This document shows positions 18,323-29,476 of a stretch of 64,000 nt of DNA, piece after piece (position 1 is the stretch's first letter; the number at the start of each line of letters is the position of its first letter). The translations under genes and the position numbers were made by a program. The DNA lies in assembly GCA_039630545.1 (NCBI GenBank), contig JBCNUU010000007.1:34590-98589 (forward strand), written 5' to 3'. The DNA comes from Endomicrobiia bacterium (GTDB lineage: Bacteria > Elusimicrobiota > Endomicrobiia > DTEH01). The notes below the pieces were generated by a model, which had not been told where the DNA came from, ran no database searches, and was given only the letters and a program-made list of their open reading frames with translations.

Positions 18323-18964
18323 TTAATATCCTAAAGATTGATTTAATAGAATAATTTCGTAGTCGGTATAACTGGGTCGTTTATAAAGGATAACCAGAGC
18401 ATTACATATTCTTGTTTCTGAATTGCAGTTCTGACATTTGTTGGTAGTAATGCATGGATTTTGTTTTTTTAATCTTATATTATTAATTACAGCCGCAATG
18501 TTTCTTGTTCTCCATATAGCGGTTTCTAAATCTTTTGTGATTTTATTATATCCACATATTAATATAACTTTTTTAGGTCCGAAAATACAACAAGAAGCTC
18601 TGTTTCCATAAGCGTCTAAAAAAACTAATTCACCATTTAGTGTAACAGCTTGAGGAGATGCTAGATAAAAATCAGCATGTTGTGCTTTTTGCCATATTTG
18701 TATTCTTGTTTGCGGATCCATTTCTGGAGTGTGAGTTATGATTTGATTATTTTTTTCTTTTAATTCTTCAATAATTCCTAAGGTCTTTATAGTTTGACTT
18801 CCTCCAACGCCGATTGTTTTATTTGTACCAATTGTTTTTAAGAGATATTGTTTAGCAGTTTCTATATCTTCAAAAACTTCACTTTTAAATCCGTTCTTGG
18901 TCAGATTTTTTTTAACTTCTTCTAAATTTTTCAAGTTAAATATTTTTATATTTTCTTCTTGCAT
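18323..18964 (-). CDS. LUD-domain (lactate utilization C-like) protein
   Basis: GVGGSQT, GELVFLDAYGNR, GYNKI, C-terminal PC...C..C...RIC, LGY end. Confidence 0.82.
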   Translation of the reverse strand: MQEENIKIFNLKNLEEVKKNLTKNGFKSEVFEDIETAKQYLLKTIGTNKTIGVGGSQTIKTLGIIEELKEKNNQIITHTPEMDPQTRIQIWQKAQHADFYLASPQAVTLNGELVFLDAYGNRASCCIFGPKKVILICGYNKITKDLETAIWRTRNIAAVINNIRLKKQNPCITTNKCQNCNSETRICNALVILYKRPSYTDYEIILLNQSLGY

Positions 18965-20075
18965 ATTTTTTAATATATAAGATATTTTTTATTTCTGTTT
19001 CAATATTTGTTTTTGGTTTAGGAATAAATTCATAATTTTGCCTCATCACAGAAAGAGTTTCTTTTTTTTCTATAAGCTGAAAAATTGTATTTTGTAGTTT
19101 TCTTTTCCAATCATTTTTTTGATAAATTACTTTTGCGCATTGATATTTCTTAAGCAACTGAGCATTCCAGTGTTGATGGAGTTCTGCAGCTGTAGGTAAA
19201 GGGATAAGAATAGCAGGTTTTCTAAAGAAAATAAGTTCACTAACAGTCATAGCTCCTGCACGACTTATTACTAGGTCAGCTATTGTATAAAGTTCTTCCA
19301 TATTTTCATAATATTCAAACACATTGATTGATATTGAGTCTATTTTTTGATACTCATGTTTTATTGCTTCAATGTCATAAAAACCGGTGATGTGTACTAT
19401 TTGTATATCTTTAAACTTTTCTTTATTGTTTTTAATTATTTCTAAAAATGCATAGTTTATAGCCTTTGCACCCTGTGAACCCCCAAACACTAAAATAGTA
19501 AAATTGTCTTTTTTAAATTTTAACTTTTCATAAATTTTTTCTTTATCTAAATTTTGCAGAAACCTTTTTCTTAAAGGATTTCCTGTGAATATGAATTTAG
19601 AGCTTCTTTTTTTAATTTCAAGACCAATATATACTTTGTTAGCTATAAAAGATAAAAGTTTATTACTTAAACTTAAAACGCTATTTTGTTCATGCAATAT
19701 TATATATGTTAGTGGGGCAAAAATTTTTGTTAAAATTACTACAGGAAAAGAAGTATATCCGCCAGTAGAAAATAGAATTTTTGGTTTATATTTAAATATT
19801 ATATTTAAAATTTTTCCAGATGAGAACAAAAAAAATATGAGGATTTTAACTAAAGATAATGGATTTTTTCTTATGAATTTTGCAGTAAGTATATATTCGA
19901 ATTCTAACTTTTCTGAAAAATTTAGTTCCTTTTTAATTATTTCTACAAACTTTAGATTTTTAGATTTTTGCGATATAAAAATGATTTTATCTACAAAATT
20001 TTTTGCTTGTTTGGCTACTTCAATTGCAGGATAGAAATGCCCACCTGTAAGAGAAGTTACTATTATTATATTCAT
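18936..20075 (-). CDS. murG: Lipid II GlcNAc transferase MurG
   Basis: TGGHFYPA, TGGY, HEQN, GNPLR, GGSQGA, RAGA. Confidence 0.95.
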   Translation of the reverse strand: MNIIIVTSLTGGHFYPAIEVAKQAKNFVDKIIFISQKSKNLKFVEIIKKELNFSEKLEFEYILTAKFIRKNPLSLVKILIFFLFSSGKILNIIFKYKPKILFSTGGYTSFPVVILTKIFAPLTYIILHEQNSVLSLSNKLLSFIANKVYIGLEIKKRSSKFIFTGNPLRKRFLQNLDKEKIYEKLKFKKDNFTILVFGGSQGAKAINYAFLEIIKNNKEKFKDIQIVHITGFYDIEAIKHEYQKIDSISINVFEYYENMEELYTIADLVISRAGAMTVSELIFFRKPAILIPLPTAAELHQHWNAQLLKKYQCAKVIYQKNDWKRKLQNTIFQLIEKKETLSVMRQNYEFIPKPKTNIETEIKNILYIKKYARRKYKNI

Positions 20076-21187
20076 TTCTCAGTGTTAGAAATACTAATTA
20101 AAATACCAATGCTTAAAAAATTTGTTATAATAGATGACCCTCCATAAGATAAAAATGGAAGACCAATTCCTTTAGGAAAAAATAATTTTGTAGTTACTGC
20201 TATACTTAGATATGCTTGAATAATTATTGTTAAAGTGACACCTAAAGCTATTACACTTCCATAAAATCCTCTATGTGAATTATAAAGACTATAAAATAAA
20301 GAAAAACCTAAAAAAGCAAAAATTCCATATAACAAGACAACTAAGAAAGTTCCTAAAAAACCTAATTCTTCGCCAATCAAACTAAACATAAAATCCGTAT
20401 GAAGTTCTGGGATATAAAATTCTTTAAAGATTCCTTTTGTAAGACCGCATCCATAAAAACCACCCCTGGCTAATCCTAAAATTGATTGGTTAATTTGATA
20501 TGCTTCATTTTTTTGGTACTTGTGGGTGTTGGCATTCATAGAAAATACCCTTTTTACTCTATAAGGTTTTGAAAAAAAAGCTAATGTGAGAGCAAGTATG
20601 ATTAATAAAGAAACCTTGAAAATATGTGTCAATTTAACAGAATAAATAAATAATGTAATTAAAAAAACACTAAAAATTATTAAAGGGAATCCAAGATCAG
20701 GCTGGATAATAATTAGTCCACATATAACCGATATTAAAAAAAACAAAATCCAAAATTCTTTTTTGCCACTTATTATTTTACTTCTATATAAATCCAAAAA
20801 TTTAGCAGTAATTAGTACAGAAACCAATTTAGCAAGCTCTGAAGGTTGAAAGCTACCTAAAAATGGTAAAACAATCCATCTATTAGCATAATTTGCTTTT
20901 TTAAAAAAAAATACAGATATAAGAAGAATAACTGTAATTATAAATAAAAAGGAAGTTATCTTTTTAAAAAATTGGGATGTTAAATGACTTGTTAAAATAC
21001 ATATGATTAGTCCTATAAATATTGCTATAATTTGCTTTTTTAAAAAAATATAATTGGGGTACGATTTGCAAACTGTAGCAGAATAAATCATGATACATCC
21101 AAATACTGAAAGAAATAAAGACAAAAAGAATAAAGAATTACTAAAAAGTTTTGGTTTTGAATGAGGGTTTGTATATAATTTCATCAT
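20072..21187 (-). CDS. ftsW: SEDS peptidoglycan polymerase FtsW
   Basis: RWI...FQPSELAK, QPDLG, PELHTDF, LPFLSYGGSS; dcw position. Confidence 0.93.
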   Translation of the reverse strand: MMKLYTNPHSKPKLFSNSLFFLSLFLSVFGCIMIYSATVCKSYPNYIFLKKQIIAIFIGLIICILTSHLTSQFFKKITSFLFIITVILLISVFFFKKANYANRWIVLPFLGSFQPSELAKLVSVLITAKFLDLYRSKIISGKKEFWILFFLISVICGLIIIQPDLGFPLIIFSVFLITLFIYSVKLTHIFKVSLLIILALTLAFFSKPYRVKRVFSMNANTHKYQKNEAYQINQSILGLARGGFYGCGLTKGIFKEFYIPELHTDFMFSLIGEELGFLGTFLVVLLYGIFAFLGFSLFYSLYNSHRGFYGSVIALGVTLTIIIQAYLSIAVTTKLFFPKGIGLPFLSYGGSSIITNFLSIGILISISNTEK

Positions 21188-22548
21188 AAAGTGTTTACAA
21201 TTTCTTTAAAAATTTTGCCACGATGCTCAAAATTTTTAAACTGATCGAAAGAACTACACGCCGGAGAAAGTAAAACAACATCTCCACTTTTAGAAATTTC
21301 TTTTGCTTTTATGACGGCATTTTTTAAAGTTTCACAGCGAAATATTTTTGAATTAGTATCTTTTAGTTGATTATATATAGTTTCTGTAGCTTCTCCAATA
21401 AGCAAAATGCTTTTTACTTTCTGGTTTATCAAAGGTATAAGAGGAGTATAAGGAGAACCTTTATCTCTTCCTCCTAAAATTAGATGTATAGGCTGTTCTA
21501 TACTTTTTAATGCCACAAGTGTTGAATCTACATTTGTAGATTTTGAATCATTGATATAGACTACCCCATCTATAATTCTGACTATTTCCAATCTATGTTC
21601 AACTCCTTCAAATTCAGATACAGCTTTTTCAATAATTTCTTTAGGTATTCCTGCCAAATAAGCACACAGTACAGATGCTAAAATGTTTTCGTAATTATGT
21701 AGACCTAAAAGTTTTGTACGAACTTTTATTTCTTCATAATTTTTGTTAAACTTTATTATAGCAGTTGTTTTATCTTTAGAAAGCCAGCAGCCATTAAAAT
21801 TTTCTTTAGTAGCACTGAAATATAAAATTGAGGAGTTAATAGAGTGTTTTGTTAACCCAAGTTTTATGTTTTCATCTTCATATTTTAAAACAGCAAACTC
21901 ATCTTTTTTTTGATTTTTGAAAATATTAAATTTAGCAGAAATATAACTCTCCATAGTCAAATGATGTTCAAGATGATCTTCTGTAATATTTAGTATACAA
22001 CCAATGTGAGGCTTAAACTCTCTAATATCTTCAAGTTGATAACTGGAAACTTCTAAAACGAGTAGTGTATCTTTTGTAATTTCGTCTATAAATTTTATTA
22101 GAGGGATACCTATGTTACCTGCGACTATTGTTTTTTTAAATGAGGAAAAAATTTTTCCTGTTAAAGTTGTTGTGGTGGTTTTTCCATTTGTTCCAGTAAT
22201 AGCTACTATAAAAGGAGAAGTTTTAAGTTTATCTATAAGTATTTTATAAGATATTTCTAACTCTGTAAATACAGGAATTTTTTTTTCTACAATTTTTTTA
22301 AGCAGAGGATGATTATAAGATATGCCTGGAGATCTTATTATTATGTCGCTTTCTAAAATTTTTTCAGAATGTCCACCAAATTCACATATGATTGAGGGAT
22401 GTAGTAAATTTAAATTTTCTATTTTTTCTTTTGGTTGTTGCTCTGTAATAAAGATTTTATCTGTAAAATTTAACAGATAGTTAGCTAAATAGAGATTACT
22501 TATACCTAAACCAATAATGCCTATTTTTTTATTTTTTAACATTTCCAT
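21184..22548 (-). CDS. murD: UDP-MurNAc-L-Ala:D-Glu ligase
   Basis: SPGI, TGTNGKTTT, EVSSYQL, NDSKSTN, LSPACSSFDQF. Confidence 0.96.
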   Translation of the reverse strand: MEMLKNKKIGIIGLGISNLYLANYLLNFTDKIFITEQQPKEKIENLNLLHPSIICEFGGHSEKILESDIIIRSPGISYNHPLLKKIVEKKIPVFTELEISYKILIDKLKTSPFIVAITGTNGKTTTTTLTGKIFSSFKKTIVAGNIGIPLIKFIDEITKDTLLVLEVSSYQLEDIREFKPHIGCILNITEDHLEHHLTMESYISAKFNIFKNQKKDEFAVLKYEDENIKLGLTKHSINSSILYFSATKENFNGCWLSKDKTTAIIKFNKNYEEIKVRTKLLGLHNYENILASVLCAYLAGIPKEIIEKAVSEFEGVEHRLEIVRIIDGVVYINDSKSTNVDSTLVALKSIEQPIHLILGGRDKGSPYTPLIPLINQKVKSILLIGEATETIYNQLKDTNSKIFRCETLKNAVIKAKEISKSGDVVLLSPACSSFDQFKNFEHRGKIFKEIVNTL

Positions 22549-22555
22549 AATAAAA

Positions 22556-23635
22556 CTATCTTATTTTTAAAGAAGCTAATGTTAAAACAGCAAGTATAAT
22601 TCCGATAATCCAAAATCTTGTTGTTACTTTTGCTTCATGGTATCCTTTAAGCTCATAATGATGATGTAGCGGTGCCATAAGAAAGATTCTTTTTTTAGTT
22701 TTTCTGTAATAAATTATTTGTAAAATTACAGATAATGATTCAATCACAAATATCCCACCAGCAACTATAAGCAGCAACTCCTGTTTGATAAAAATGGCAA
22801 TAATTCCTAAAAGTCCACCTAGAAACAAAGAACCTGTATCTCCCATAAATATACTTGCTGGATAAGAGTTGTACCAAAGAAATCCCAATCCAGCTCCAAT
22901 TAAACAAGCCAAAACTATGCTTAACTCTCCTGCACCAGAAACATATATTATTTTTAAATAAGAAGCCAATTTGTAGTTTCCTGCTACATAACTTAAAACT
23001 GAGTAAGCAATACTTGCAAAAATTACATTTCCAATTGCTAAACCATCTAAACCATCTGTTAAATTTATTCCGTTTGATGATCCAACAAAAGTTAGAATTA
23101 TTATGAAAAAGTAAAAAATGCCCAGGTTAATAAATGTTTCTTTAAGATAAGGTATATGCAGATGGGTTGCATAGTTGAAGTTTTGAGGATAGATGTATAA
23201 ATATAAACACAAAATCGCTCCGAAAATTATCTGAAAAAAAAGTTTTTGTTTTGCAGATATGCCTTTTGGATGTTTTTTAATAACTTTTAAATAGTCGTCC
23301 AGAAAACCTAAAACTCCTAAATAAATAAGACAAACAATACACCAGATTACGAATCTGTTTGGTCTTGCTGTTAATAAAGTTGAAATAAAAACAGAAAAAA
23401 GAATTACAAGTCCTCCCATAGTTGGGGTGTTTTGTTTTGAGAGGTGAGTTTTAGGGCCGTCTTCTCTTATTGTTTGTACAAATTGTTTTCTTTTTATAAA
23501 TTTAATAAACTCAGGAAAAACAATTAAACATATCAAAAACCCAATCAAAAATCCTAAAAAAGCTCTAAATGTTATATACTTAAAAATATTCAACCAGGAA
23601 AAAATTTCTGAAAAATTTGATAAATAATAAATCAT
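22556..23635 (-). CDS. mraY: Phospho-N-acetylmuramoyl-pentapeptide transferase
   Basis: TPTMGG, NLTDGLDGL, FMGDTGS, MAPLHHHYE. Confidence 0.97.
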   Translation of the reverse strand: MIYYLSNFSEIFSWLNIFKYITFRAFLGFLIGFLICLIVFPEFIKFIKRKQFVQTIREDGPKTHLSKQNTPTMGGLVILFSVFISTLLTARPNRFVIWCIVCLIYLGVLGFLDDYLKVIKKHPKGISAKQKLFFQIIFGAILCLYLYIYPQNFNYATHLHIPYLKETFINLGIFYFFIIILTFVGSSNGINLTDGLDGLAIGNVIFASIAYSVLSYVAGNYKLASYLKIIYVSGAGELSIVLACLIGAGLGFLWYNSYPASIFMGDTGSLFLGGLLGIIAIFIKQELLLIVAGGIFVIESLSVILQIIYYRKTKKRIFLMAPLHHHYELKGYHEAKVTTRFWIIGIILAVLTLASLKIR

Positions 23636-23639
23636 AATG

Positions 23640-25052
23640 TTAAGATGGTTTTATTTTTTCTACAATTTTCCATAAACCAATACCATGCGAAGACTTTATT
23701 AAGACTGTTAAATTTTTGTTGTTTTCCAAAAATTCTTTAAAATCTTTAAAAAATTTATCATCAGCTGTTTGATAATAAAATACATTTTGTTTTGTTTTGA
23801 TTGTATTGTATAAATGTAAAATTTCATTTCCAACTAAAAATATATATTTTGTGTTTTTGAAATCAATATAATCTTTTAATTTTTTGTGTTCTATAGGTGA
23901 ATTGTTGCCCAGTTCTAACATATCGCCCAACACTAAAACTCTTTTCTTATCACAGAAAATTTTTTGAAATTCTAAAATTGTTTTTTTCATAGAATCAGGG
24001 TTAGCATTATAACTTTCATTTATAATTAAATTTTTATTTATTTTAAAACGCTCACCACGCATCGGTACTGGTTTAAATTTTTCTATAGTTTTTTTAATAG
24101 TTTGTTTGTCTATGCCGCAAAAAAAAGCTAAAGTAGTTGCTGCTAAAATATTGTATATGTTATGTTCTCCCAAAAGATTTGTTTTTAGTTTTAATTCTTC
24201 AAAGAAATTGTTTGAGTGTATGAATGCCGTAAATGTGGTGTGCGTGGTTTTATATTTTATATCTTTTGCGTAAACATGTGCTGTTTTATTTTTTAGACTA
24301 TACCATTTTATGTTTATATTTTTTATTTTTTTTAGAAACTTATCATCTTTGTTTAGTATAGCAAAACCTTTGGAATTTAAATACTTTAAAATTTTTGTTT
24401 CTTCTTTAAAAACTGTTTCAATGTCAGTTAAAAACTCTAAATGTTCTTTTGCAATATTTGTAATGACTACATAGTCAGGTTCTGTGGTTTTAGCTAAAAT
24501 TTCCATTTCGTTAGGTAGAGATATTCCAAGTTCTGTGATACAAAAGTCTGTGTTTTTTGTTAAATTAAATAAAGTATAAGCTACACCTATTAAGTTATTC
24601 TGGTTGTCTTTAGATGCTACTGTATTATATTTAGCTGAAAATATTTCTTTAATTATCTCTTTTGTTGTTGTTTTACCATTGCTTCCTGCAACTGTGATCA
24701 TTTTTAGATTTTTAAAAGATTTTCTATATAACCATGCTAAGTAATCTAAAGCTAAAGTTGTGTCATCTACTAGTATAAATTTATTTTTGTATTTATTGTT
24801 TATACAATCCTTTTGACTTATAACAACAAAATCAACTTTACTTATTATTTTAGGAATAAATCTGTGAGCATCAAAAAACTTGCCTTTTAACGCAAAAAAA
24901 ATACCACCCTTCCCCTTATAACTGCGTGTATCAAGAGCTATTTTTGAAATATTATAGGAGTCATATAATGAGCAATTTTTTATAAAAGAGATTGTTTTAG
25001 GATATTTTAAGAATTCACTTAGTGGAATGGGCACATCTAATTTAAACTCCAT
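23640..25052 (-). CDS. murF: UDP-MurNAc-tripeptide:D-Ala-D-Ala ligase
   Basis: GSNGKTTTKE, NESYNANP, LGDMLELG. Confidence 0.94.
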   Translation of the reverse strand: MEFKLDVPIPLSEFLKYPKTISFIKNCSLYDSYNISKIALDTRSYKGKGGIFFALKGKFFDAHRFIPKIISKVDFVVISQKDCINNKYKNKFILVDDTTLALDYLAWLYRKSFKNLKMITVAGSNGKTTTKEIIKEIFSAKYNTVASKDNQNNLIGVAYTLFNLTKNTDFCITELGISLPNEMEILAKTTEPDYVVITNIAKEHLEFLTDIETVFKEETKILKYLNSKGFAILNKDDKFLKKIKNINIKWYSLKNKTAHVYAKDIKYKTTHTTFTAFIHSNNFFEELKLKTNLLGEHNIYNILAATTLAFFCGIDKQTIKKTIEKFKPVPMRGERFKINKNLIINESYNANPDSMKKTILEFQKIFCDKKRVLVLGDMLELGNNSPIEHKKLKDYIDFKNTKYIFLVGNEILHLYNTIKTKQNVFYYQTADDKFFKDFKEFLENNKNLTVLIKSSHGIGLWKIVEKIKPS

Positions 25053-25058
25053 AATTTT

Positions 25059-26585
25059 TCACTTTTTAAAAAATTCTTTTATTACTTCTCTTTCATCAAA
25101 AGGTATTTTTTTATCGCCTATAATTTGATAATTCTCATGACCTTTACCTGCCAGTAAAACTATATCGTTTGGTTGTGCTATACTTAAGGCTTTAAAAATA
25201 GCTTCTTTTCTGTCAACAATTATTTCATAATTTTTGTTTTCTGTCTTCTTTATACCTACCTCTATATCTAACAGAATTTTATTAGGATCTTCAGTTCTTG
25301 GGTTATCAGATGTAACTATTACATAATCAGCTAACTGTGTAGCAATACTACCCATTACTGGACGTTTGCTTCTGTCTCTGTCTCCGCCACATCCAAAGAC
25401 TACTATTAGTTTTCTGTGAGGAAGACTCTTTAAAGTACACAATACATTTTCTAAAGCATTTGGAGTATGTGCATAGTCAATTATTACACTGAAATTTAAA
25501 GGAGTAATTATTTTTTCTAACCTTCCAGGAATATTTTCTACCTTTTTTATACCTTCTGCTATGTCTGAAACTTCTAAATTTTGGGAATAAGAAGCTGCAA
25601 ATGCAGCTAAGATATTGTATACATTAAATTCTCCTATCAGATGAGTGAAGATTTTTGCTTTCTTGTCTGAATTATATATTATTTCAAACTCAATAGAATT
25701 ATTGTTATATTTTATGTTTGTTGCTATAAATTTTTGTGCATTATTTTTGTTTTTTAGACTTTTAGAATACAAAAAAATATTCTTTGTAGGACATAACTGT
25801 ATTAATTTTTTGCCCCATTCGTCGTCGTAATTTATAATGCATGTTTTTTCGCCTAATTTTGAATTTTTAAAATACTCTTTTTTGTGTGGTGTCATTTCTT
25901 TAAATAAGATACTTTTTGCTTTGAAATACTCTTCCATGTTACAATGATAATCTAAATGTTCAGGTGATAGGTTAGAAAAAATTGCGACATCAAACTCACA
26001 TTCTTTTGTTCGCTGCTGAACTAAAGAATGTGATGAAACTTCCATAATTACCACTTCAACTTTTGCTTGAAGCATCTCATATAATAACTTTTGAAGATCA
26101 GATGAAAAGGGGGTAGTATTTTTTGCAGAGAATATCTTGTTTTCATACCTGTAGTTTATTGTACCTATCACTCCTGTTTTATATCCTGCTGTTTGAAATA
26201 TTGATTCTAATAAATAAGTTATTGTAGTTTTCCCATTTGTGCCAGTTACGCCTATTAAAATTAATTTCTTTGATGGGTTCTCATAGAAATTTGCAGAAAT
26301 TTTTGCTAAGGCGTAGTTAGTGTCTTCTGTGACTATACATATCACATCTTTATAATTAAATTCTATTTTTTTGTTAGTGACTATTGCGTTAGCACCATTT
26401 TTTATGGCTTCGTCAATAAAAAGGTTACCATCTGTATGCTGTCCTGGTAAACATACAAACAAGTCACCTTTTTCTACTTCCTTTGAATTGTACTTTATTC
26501 CGGTGATTTGTCGGTCTATTAAATGTTTATTGTAAATTTCAATTATATTTATGCCGTTTATTATATCTTTAATAGATTTTTGCAT
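25059..26585 (-). CDS. murE: UDP-MurNAc-dipeptide:meso-DAP ligase
   Basis: TGTNGKTT, MEVSSH, DYAHTP, DNPR (DAP-type), AGKGHE. Confidence 0.96.
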   Translation of the reverse strand: MQKSIKDIINGINIIEIYNKHLIDRQITGIKYNSKEVEKGDLFVCLPGQHTDGNLFIDEAIKNGANAIVTNKKIEFNYKDVICIVTEDTNYALAKISANFYENPSKKLILIGVTGTNGKTTITYLLESIFQTAGYKTGVIGTINYRYENKIFSAKNTTPFSSDLQKLLYEMLQAKVEVVIMEVSSHSLVQQRTKECEFDVAIFSNLSPEHLDYHCNMEEYFKAKSILFKEMTPHKKEYFKNSKLGEKTCIINYDDEWGKKLIQLCPTKNIFLYSKSLKNKNNAQKFIATNIKYNNNSIEFEIIYNSDKKAKIFTHLIGEFNVYNILAAFAASYSQNLEVSDIAEGIKKVENIPGRLEKIITPLNFSVIIDYAHTPNALENVLCTLKSLPHRKLIVVFGCGGDRDRSKRPVMGSIATQLADYVIVTSDNPRTEDPNKILLDIEVGIKKTENKNYEIIVDRKEAIFKALSIAQPNDIVLLAGKGHENYQIIGDKKIPFDEREVIKEFFKK

Positions 26586-28284
26586 AGTGAATTTTATTGT
26601 AATGATTTAAAATCTGTAAAACTACATCTTTAAAAACAGGCACAGCCACTTCTGAGGCTAAAGTTCCTTTTTTGGGTTCATCTATGAATATACCTACAGT
26701 AAATTCAGAATTTTCCATAGGGAAAAATCCACAACAACTCATAAAATATTTTGTGTCAGAGTACCTGTTTAATTCAAAATCAAATTTTTGTGCCGTTCCT
26801 GTTTTAGCACAAATTTTAATTCCAGGTATTTTTGCTCTTTGAGCACTTCCGTATTCTACTGTTTTGTATAACATGTTTTTTAAAATCTGACATGTTGAGT
26901 AAGAAAGTGTTCTTCTTATGCAGCAAGTTTTTCCCTTATATAATATGTTACCGTCTTCATCTATAATCTCTTTTACAATATAGGGTTGCAAAAGCTCACC
27001 ATTTCTTGCTATCATTGTGTATCCATTTACTATCTGCAAAGGAGTGGTGGTAAGACCCTGTCCAAAACTTACATTAAGAGGTGTAAGCAAGGAGTATAGT
27101 TTATCTGAAGTTTTTGGAATATATCCCTTTGCTTCAGTTGAAAATTCAATTCCAGTTGAATTTCCAAATCCTAGCATTCTTATTGAGTTAAAAAATTCTT
27201 TAGGTTTTAGATATTTTAAAAAAAGTTTACTCATTCCAATATTTGAAGAGAAAACTATTATATCTTCTACAGAAAGAAATCTATGAGGTTTAACATCTGA
27301 AATTGTCTGTCCATAGTATAAAAATTTGCCGTTTTCGCAGTTAATTATTTCATTTTGTGTTGTAATTTTTTCTTCTAAAAAAATAGCCATTGGAAAAACT
27401 TTAAAAACAGAACCCGGCTCATAACATATATCTGTTGCTGGATTTCTAAATGGAGTATCAGTTTCAGGAAGACAACTCATCACAAGAATTTCACCTGTAT
27501 TTATACTTTGAACTATACACATAATAAGTAAAGGATTATATAGCTCATAATATGTTTTCAAAACATTTTCAATTTTTGATTGTAATGAAAAATCTAATGT
27601 TAAAACAACTGTTGGATTTTTATTTTTTTCTGTAAACTCAATTACGTCTTTAATGTTTACTAATCTTATTGATTTTTTTCTTATACTGCCACTTCTGTAA
27701 ATATCTATTTCTTTAGTTTTCATTTGTGCTAACACATCGTTAAGTTCCAGTTCTATCCCAGAATAAGGTATGCCTTCTTTATTTACTCTTCCAATTACAT
27801 AACTTCCAGTTTTATCATAAGGATAAATTCTTACTGTGTATCTATTTATTTCAAGTCCAGGAATGTTTTCAAGTTTTGCAGCTTCAGAGAGTTCTAATTT
27901 TTCTGCTAAACAAAATCTTTTATACTTTTTGCATATTTTTAAAATTTCATCTTTTTTTATATTAAGTACCGACTCTATTATAGCGAAATTATTTTCTACT
28001 ATAATGGGTTTTCTTTTTGAAAAAATATTAATGCCTTCAAGAAAAGGTCTTGAGTTTATATACACATTTGCATATTCAACAGATGTAGCTATAATTTTTT
28101 TGTTTCTGTCTAAAATGTCTCCTCTTGGTATTGATATTCGTATTTTAGATGAAATTTGTCTTTCTATTTTAGGTTCAAATTCTTTTTTTTGCCATATTTG
28201 TATTATAAAAAGCCTTGTTATAAAAATTCCTGGCAAAATAATTAAGAAAAGTGTTTTTATAATAAACCATCTACTTTTGTTCAT
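26569..28284 (-). CDS. ftsI: Class B penicillin-binding protein FtsI
   Basis: RGDILDRN, EPGSVFK (SxxK), SSN, KTGTAQ. Confidence 0.92.
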   Translation of the reverse strand: MNKSRWFIIKTLFLIILPGIFITRLFIIQIWQKKEFEPKIERQISSKIRISIPRGDILDRNKKIIATSVEYANVYINSRPFLEGINIFSKRKPIIVENNFAIIESVLNIKKDEILKICKKYKRFCLAEKLELSEAAKLENIPGLEINRYTVRIYPYDKTGSYVIGRVNKEGIPYSGIELELNDVLAQMKTKEIDIYRSGSIRKKSIRLVNIKDVIEFTEKNKNPTVVLTLDFSLQSKIENVLKTYYELYNPLLIMCIVQSINTGEILVMSCLPETDTPFRNPATDICYEPGSVFKVFPMAIFLEEKITTQNEIINCENGKFLYYGQTISDVKPHRFLSVEDIIVFSSNIGMSKLFLKYLKPKEFFNSIRMLGFGNSTGIEFSTEAKGYIPKTSDKLYSLLTPLNVSFGQGLTTTPLQIVNGYTMIARNGELLQPYIVKEIIDEDGNILYKGKTCCIRRTLSYSTCQILKNMLYKTVEYGSAQRAKIPGIKICAKTGTAQKFDFELNRYSDTKYFMSCCGFFPMENSEFTVGIFIDEPKKGTLASEVAVPVFKDVVLQILNHYNKIHYAKIY

Positions 28285-28571
28285 TGCATTTTAATAATTG
28301 TTATATCTTTTTCAGATATAGGAACAAAATTTAATTCCCTTGCGAGAGTTTTTAGCCTTTTTTCATCTAAGAGTTTCTGAAATTCTATAGCTAATTTTTT
28401 GTTTTCGCTTTCTAAAATTGATATTTTGTCATAAGTTTCCTTTACTTTGTTTTGAAGATTAATTATTTCATATTGTTGTTTTAAATAAAAAATAAATAAA
28501 AGTAAAATTAAAGTATAAAAAAATATTCTATAAACTTTTAACTCTTTTTTGTTTCTTTTTTTAATTTTCAT
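28281..28571 (-). CDS. ftsL: Cell division protein FtsL-like
   Basis: Basic N-terminus, one TM, coiled coil; located between rsmH and ftsI. Confidence 0.75.
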   Translation of the reverse strand: MKIKKRNKKELKVYRIFFYTLILLLFIFYLKQQYEIINLQNKVKETYDKISILESENKKLAIEFQKLLDEKRLKTLARELNFVPISEKDITIIKMQ

Positions 28572-29473
28572 ATTTTTTCGGCCACACGAAGTTTTGCACT
28601 TCTGGCTGATAGGTTATTTTTTATTTCCTCTACATCTGGAGTTATTGGTTTTTTTGTAAGAACTATACAGTCACCTCTAGCCTTAAACTTATTTTTTATG
28701 ATTCTGTCTTCTAAAGAGTGATATGACAAAGCTATAACTTTTCCTTTTGGTTTAAGTACATCGATTGCTTCATCTAAACCTTTTTCTATATTTTCCAACT
28801 CATTATTTACATAAATTCTTAATGCTTGGAATATTTTTGTAGCAGGATTAAATTTTATCTTTAGGGTTTCTTTATTAGATAAATAGAGATTTTTTTTATC
28901 TTTTCTTTTTATTACGCTTGTAACTATTTCTGTAAGTTCTTTAGCTTTTGTAATTTTTTTGTGTTTTCTATATTCAACAATTTTTTTTGCTATTAAGCTG
29001 CATTTCTTTTCTTGACCATATTTATAAAAGATTTCTGAAAGTTGTTTTTCTGAAAAATTATTTAAGACATAGCTTGCTGTAACTGGATTTGATGATGGAT
29101 CAAATCTCATGTCTAATGTGTCATCATTAAAACTAAAACCTCTTTTGCTTCTTAATTGTAGCATAGACAAACCAAAATCAAATATAACTCCATCTACTTT
29201 TTCTATATTTAAATTCTCAAGAATTTTTTTGATGTTAATAAAATTTTCTTTCACTATTGTTAGTTTATTTTCAAAGACGAAATTTTTTAATCTTTGTTTG
29301 GCAAATTCAATAGCTTCGGAGTCTAATTCAATACCTATAACTTTACAGTTACTACATTTTTCAAATATTTTAATGGTATGACCACCACATCCTAAAGTAG
29401 CATCTACATATATGCGATTTTCTTCAGGTTGTAGAAATTCAAGCACTTTATCTGCTAAAACTGGAATATGCAT
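28568..29473 (-). CDS. rsmH: 16S rRNA m4C1402 methyltransferase
   Basis: HIPVL, DATLGCGGH, LDMR, FQALRIYVN, YHSLED, RSAKLR. Confidence 0.96.
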   Translation of the reverse strand: MHIPVLADKVLEFLQPEENRIYVDATLGCGGHTIKIFEKCSNCKVIGIELDSEAIEFAKQRLKNFVFENKLTIVKENFINIKKILENLNIEKVDGVIFDFGLSMLQLRSKRGFSFNDDTLDMRFDPSSNPVTASYVLNNFSEKQLSEIFYKYGQEKKCSLIAKKIVEYRKHKKITKAKELTEIVTSVIKRKDKKNLYLSNKETLKIKFNPATKIFQALRIYVNNELENIEKGLDEAIDVLKPKGKVIALSYHSLEDRIIKNKFKARGDCIVLTKKPITPDVEEIKNNLSARSAKLRVAEKI

Positions 29474-29476
29474 TCA